NCBI RefSeq assembly: GCF_000143415.4
Contig: NW_003314327.1
Span: 25,116 to 89,115 of the forward strand
Length of the DNA stretch: 64,000 bases
Direction of reading: 5' to 3'
From: Selaginella moellendorffii
Lineage: Eukaryota > Plantae > Lycopodiophyta
The translations under genes were made by a program, and so were the position numbers. The number at the start of each line of letters is the position of its first letter. Positions within the stretch are counted from its first letter, which is position 1. The notes below the pieces were generated by a model. That model saw nothing but the letters and a program-made list of their open reading frames with translations. It was not told the origin of the DNA and made no database searches. This document shows positions 60,301 through 64,000 of this stretch, piece after piece.

Positions 60301-60484
60301 CGCAGGTGATGCCCGTCCACAAGCACGGCGTGTCGTCGGTCTCGGTCCAGTCGTCGAGGCTGCCGGAACTGTCGATCATCGCCGCCTTGAGCGCCAGGAG
60401 CGCGGATTTATCCTGGAATCCGCGCGCGACGCTCGACGATGCGGCAAGCAGCAACAAGATCGACAGCGCGACGCTCCAATCCAT
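57310..60484 (-). CDS. CLAVATA1/BAM-family LRR receptor-like kinase, 2 exons
   Basis: Signal peptide, about 21 LRRs, [61 protein letters not shown]|EYAYTLKV-type motif. Intron 57774-57843. Confidence 0.95.
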
Positions 60485-61821
60485 CGAAATCCGGGCGCTG
60501 GACAGCAAAAAGATTCTACCTCTCGCCGGATGGAGGAAGAAGAGAAAGATCAAGAAGGTGCCATTCCTCACGCTCGATCGCCATTCCCAAGCTCGCTCTC
60601 TCAAGATCGGGAAAGGGAGAAAGAAGAGAGAATGCGCGAGCGCATCTCGATCGATCGGGCCCTGGCGCGATCGATGACACGAGCACGAGAGCGCCGTGAG
60701 CTCGCGGCAGGCAAGAATCCAAAAACCCTATAGAAACCCTTGGAATGACCCTGGGCGTGTCGTCTCACTCGCTGACCTGACCAAAACCGAAGAGCACGCC
60801 GTACTTAACGGAGCTGTCAAGCAAACCGACTGTACGCTCGAGTCGTACGGAAGTCAATATCTTAATCGAATATTCTTCCTCGTCACTCAACAAATGATGC
60901 CTAGAGATTCGACCAGAGATTTCTAGGGTTCGTGTGAAACCTCGCAAACAAGGTCGGTGTCTCGATCGAGAGTTTGGGATTTTGATTGATAGAAGATGTG
61001 GGGGAAAGAATAGGAAAATGCGATGTGGTGCGAGAATTTAATGGTGTGATAGATGCTACTACTACTACCGGCGATCATTTCTGCCTTGCCTCGGAAAAAC
61101 CAGGCGTTTGTTAGCGCCGGGCGAGTGTAACCGCGGCCCGTTAATTCCAAGAAGCGTCGCAGGAATTAAACACCAGTTTAGGTTTAGCCCCCGGGGTTAA
61201 CGGCCGGCTGACATCTGCCCTAGCGCCACGTGAGCGTTTTCCCCGTACATGTCATAGGTGGCTAGACATTCCATGGTGTCAGGGGCATGAGATGACATGA
61301 CGTTCCAGAGAGAGTGCGCGAGCGTGAGCGCCAAAATACCCTTCTCCTTTTTTAATTCCTTTTAAGGGGGGCTTTTGCACGGAGCATTTGGCTGGCTGGA
61401 ATCGAAACCGGGGCGGGCTGGCCAGTGCCGGGCTCTAGACACAAGGCCCTCAATCTCCACGAAAACTATACAAAACGCCTGCCCTACACACAACCAAAGG
61501 TGGCGATAAGAGAAATTTAATCTTCCCAGCGTTGGACGGGATGAAAGCTGATATGGTTTGTATAAACCATGAGAAAGCATTCCAAAAACAATGTGGACCA
61601 CATTGTTTGAGTGACGTTGCTATTATAGTTTTGTCCTGACCGAGAATATAAGTGATGTTATTGTCAAACTATGCGCAGATCATTGTCCCCTGCGAGAAGC
61701 CCAGCTTCATTCATTAGGTTTCGAATTCCGTGATTATGCGCTGGTATATTTCTGCCACGCGTCATACCACGTGGCAGAGGGATTAGGGCTAGGGATCCCC
61801 TGTTTTTTACACGAAAGATTT

Positions 61822-62263
61822 TTAGCTTCTCTTCACTGGATCGAATGTAGCCACGCCCAGCACCGCCACGACGAGCGCGCCGAGAACTCCGAATCCTGCC
61901 GCCACGCTCAGCAGCAAATTCTTGAGCGATGGCGTGATCGCGGCCTCGGCAAACTCTGGAATCACCGCGCTCGCCGCCAGCGCCAGTGCCGTTAGCTGAG
62001 CCACGGGAATGCTTCCTTGCTCTTCCCTATCGCTCTTCTTGGCGCTGAAAGACCAAATTCGAACAAGAGGAACACGAATTTCGGTCTAGAATCGATATAG
62101 AATCCCTCCCTTACCTCATCACAACACGGCTCCGCGACGATGCAACGATCTTCCTCCCCGAGCTCCTCGCCGGGGCCAATGCCAGCCCCTGCCGCGCCAA
62201 TCCATCGCATTGCGGCAATGCTGCCACATTCAAGGAGCTCAAGCTCATCATCGCTGCTGCCAT
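61822..62263 (-). CDS. psbX: Photosystem II subunit PsbX precursor, 2 exons
   Basis: Transit peptide, thylakoid signal ending AEA, then ITPSLKNLLLSVAAG...FDPVKRS*. Intron 62045-62114. Confidence 0.93.
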
Positions 62264-62459
62264 GGATTGTGGCTGCTTGGCTCCTCCAGGAATTAGGGAT
62301 TGTCTCGCAAGACCTAGAGCTATGGAAGCCTGTCCCCGGCCAACGAGAGATCTCCACGTCAGCACACAAGATAAGGTGCCCGAGCCAACCACACGCATAT
62401 GATAAGCAGATAAATGGCGCCGCGCGCTCTTTCAAACATTTCAACGGCCAGGATGCGTT

Positions 62460-64000
62460 CTAGTTGTACACCATGTATTTTGGAGTAGCGCTAAACTTTT
62501 GGTAGCCTTTGATCACTTTGTTCACGGCCTCGAGGAAATCTTTCTCCGTCACTGTTTTCCTGCGAGCTCGGATCGCGTACATGCCGGCTTCAGTGCAAAC
62601 GCTCCTGATATCAGCGCCTAAAGATTCAAGCAAACCAAAGCTTGGTTACCGAGAGAGGAGAGAAAACCATCTACCGTATAAGCACGAGAACTTACCGGTC
62701 GAGTTTGGGCATAAGCGCGCTAGCAACTCGAATCGGATGTCGCGCTCGCAGTTCATGGTTCTGGTGTGGATCTTGAAGATCTGAGTTCTGCTGTCGAGGT
62801 CTGGGAGTCCGAACTCCACCTTACGATCGAGGCGTCCGGGACGGAGGAGTGCCGGGTCCAGAGTGTCAGGCCTGTTTGGAGTAATGTAAGTTTGATTGGA
62901 AAAGACTTAGATGAAGTCGGCAGTACCTGTTCGTGGCCATCAAAACTTTAATGTTCCCACGAGCATCAAAACCATCAAGCTGATTGACAATCTCGAGCAT
63001 CGTCCTTTGCACTTCGTTGTCGCCACCAATGCCGTCGTCGAATCTGGCACCACCAATGGCATCGACTTCGTCAAAGAAAACAATGCAAGCTTTCTTTGAT
63101 CGGGCCATCTGAAAGAAAAAGAGAAAGGAAAAAAAAATAAAAAATTTTAAGACCACTGCCAGGAATAAACACGGAATGTAACATACCTGGAATAACTCGC
63201 GCACCATTCGAGCTCCTTCACCAACGTACTTCTGGACGAGCTCGCTGCCAATAACTCGAATGAAGCAGGCATCTGTACGATTGGCCACTGCACGAGCGAG
63301 TAGCGTTTTCCCAGTTCCCGGAGGGCCGTAGCAAAGAACTCCTTTGGGAGGATCGATTCCAAGCTTGATAAACTTCTCAGGATGGAGCATAGGAAGCTCT
63401 ACAACCTATATGCGTAAAAGTTAAGATCGTCGACGAGGAAACCAAATGTAAAATGGTGTAGTTACCTCCCGCATTTTCTCGATTTGCTCCTTGCAACCGC
63501 CGATGTCATTGTAAGTTACATCGGGCTTCTCCTCCACCGTCATCATAGTGACGCTCGGATCAATCTTAGGGGGCAAAGGTATTTGGATCTGATATTTGTT
63601 CCTATCAACACTGTAATAGAACACACAGAAATGTCATTTACATCGAGAACATAAGAAAAAAACCATACCCGACGCGCATTCCCTCCTCAATATCTGTGGG
63701 AGACACCTTATCTCCAAGACCCACGACAAACTATCACCAAAGAGATTGTGAGAATCCTAGTCTTGAATCGAAAAAGTTATATACTTTTGCTATTTGTTTC
63801 ACGTTGATCACGTACTTTGAATCGTCCGCGCCTGGATTGATGATCTTGGTGCAACGAGCAACCTACCAAAACCAAACATGAGAGAAAAAAGAAAAGCAAG
63901 AGATCGAAGAAAAAAATCTCACTTACTTGCAGTGGCTGCTCTTCTTGCATCATTTGCTTATCAGACACCAGATCCCACTGGCTAGGAGCTGCTAGACCAG
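62460..64000 (-). CDS. RPT1: 26S proteasome AAA-ATPase subunit RPT1 (regulatory subunit 7); 5' end outside the window
   Basis: [54 protein letters not shown]. Confidence 0.96.

Noticed and set aside
57944-60677. Several long plus-strand ORFs (176-269 aa)
   Set aside because: Antisense shadows of the GC-rich LRR-RLK.

Overview
Gene-dense eukaryotic nuclear DNA from a land plant. Introns of about 50-70 nt, very short intergenic spacers and the PPR and kinase families point to a lycophyte such as Selaginella (inference). 1-10 kb is a transposon island: an apparently intact Sola-like/DUF7869 DDD transposase ORF and two decayed Ty3/gypsy chromovirus pol fragments. 10.8-23 kb holds ordinary genes: two strictosidine-synthase-like genes flanking a GH18 class III chitinase, mTERF4, UBP1 and a receptor-like kinase. 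22.5-54.4 kb is a locally amplified block with ancestral order RLK - Ser/Thr kinase - PPR remnant - FYR/WD40 gene - FAD amine oxidase - omega-amidase - unknown gene X. It occurs as about four direct or inverted copies eroded by deletions, so each gene survives intact in one copy (the kinase in two), and one X-RLK fusion junction recurs three times. The most striking element is a complete 374-bp miniature LTR retrotransposon (TRIM, 44024-44397) with a 5-bp TSD, iMet PBS and PPT. Each of its 120-bp LTRs carries a 72-nt tRNA cloverleaf with Pol III A/B boxes, a G3.U70 Ala-type acceptor stem, a degenerate anticodon loop and a downstream TTTT. This makes it a tRNA-based counterpart of Cassandra, matching what I recall being described as Helenus. 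The block also contains a potato-inhibitor-I gene missed by the ORF track, a Helitron 3' remnant and an LRR pseudogene. The right end holds a CLV1/BAM LRR-RLK, PsbX and the 3' part of RPT1. Coordinates of decayed fragments are approximate.
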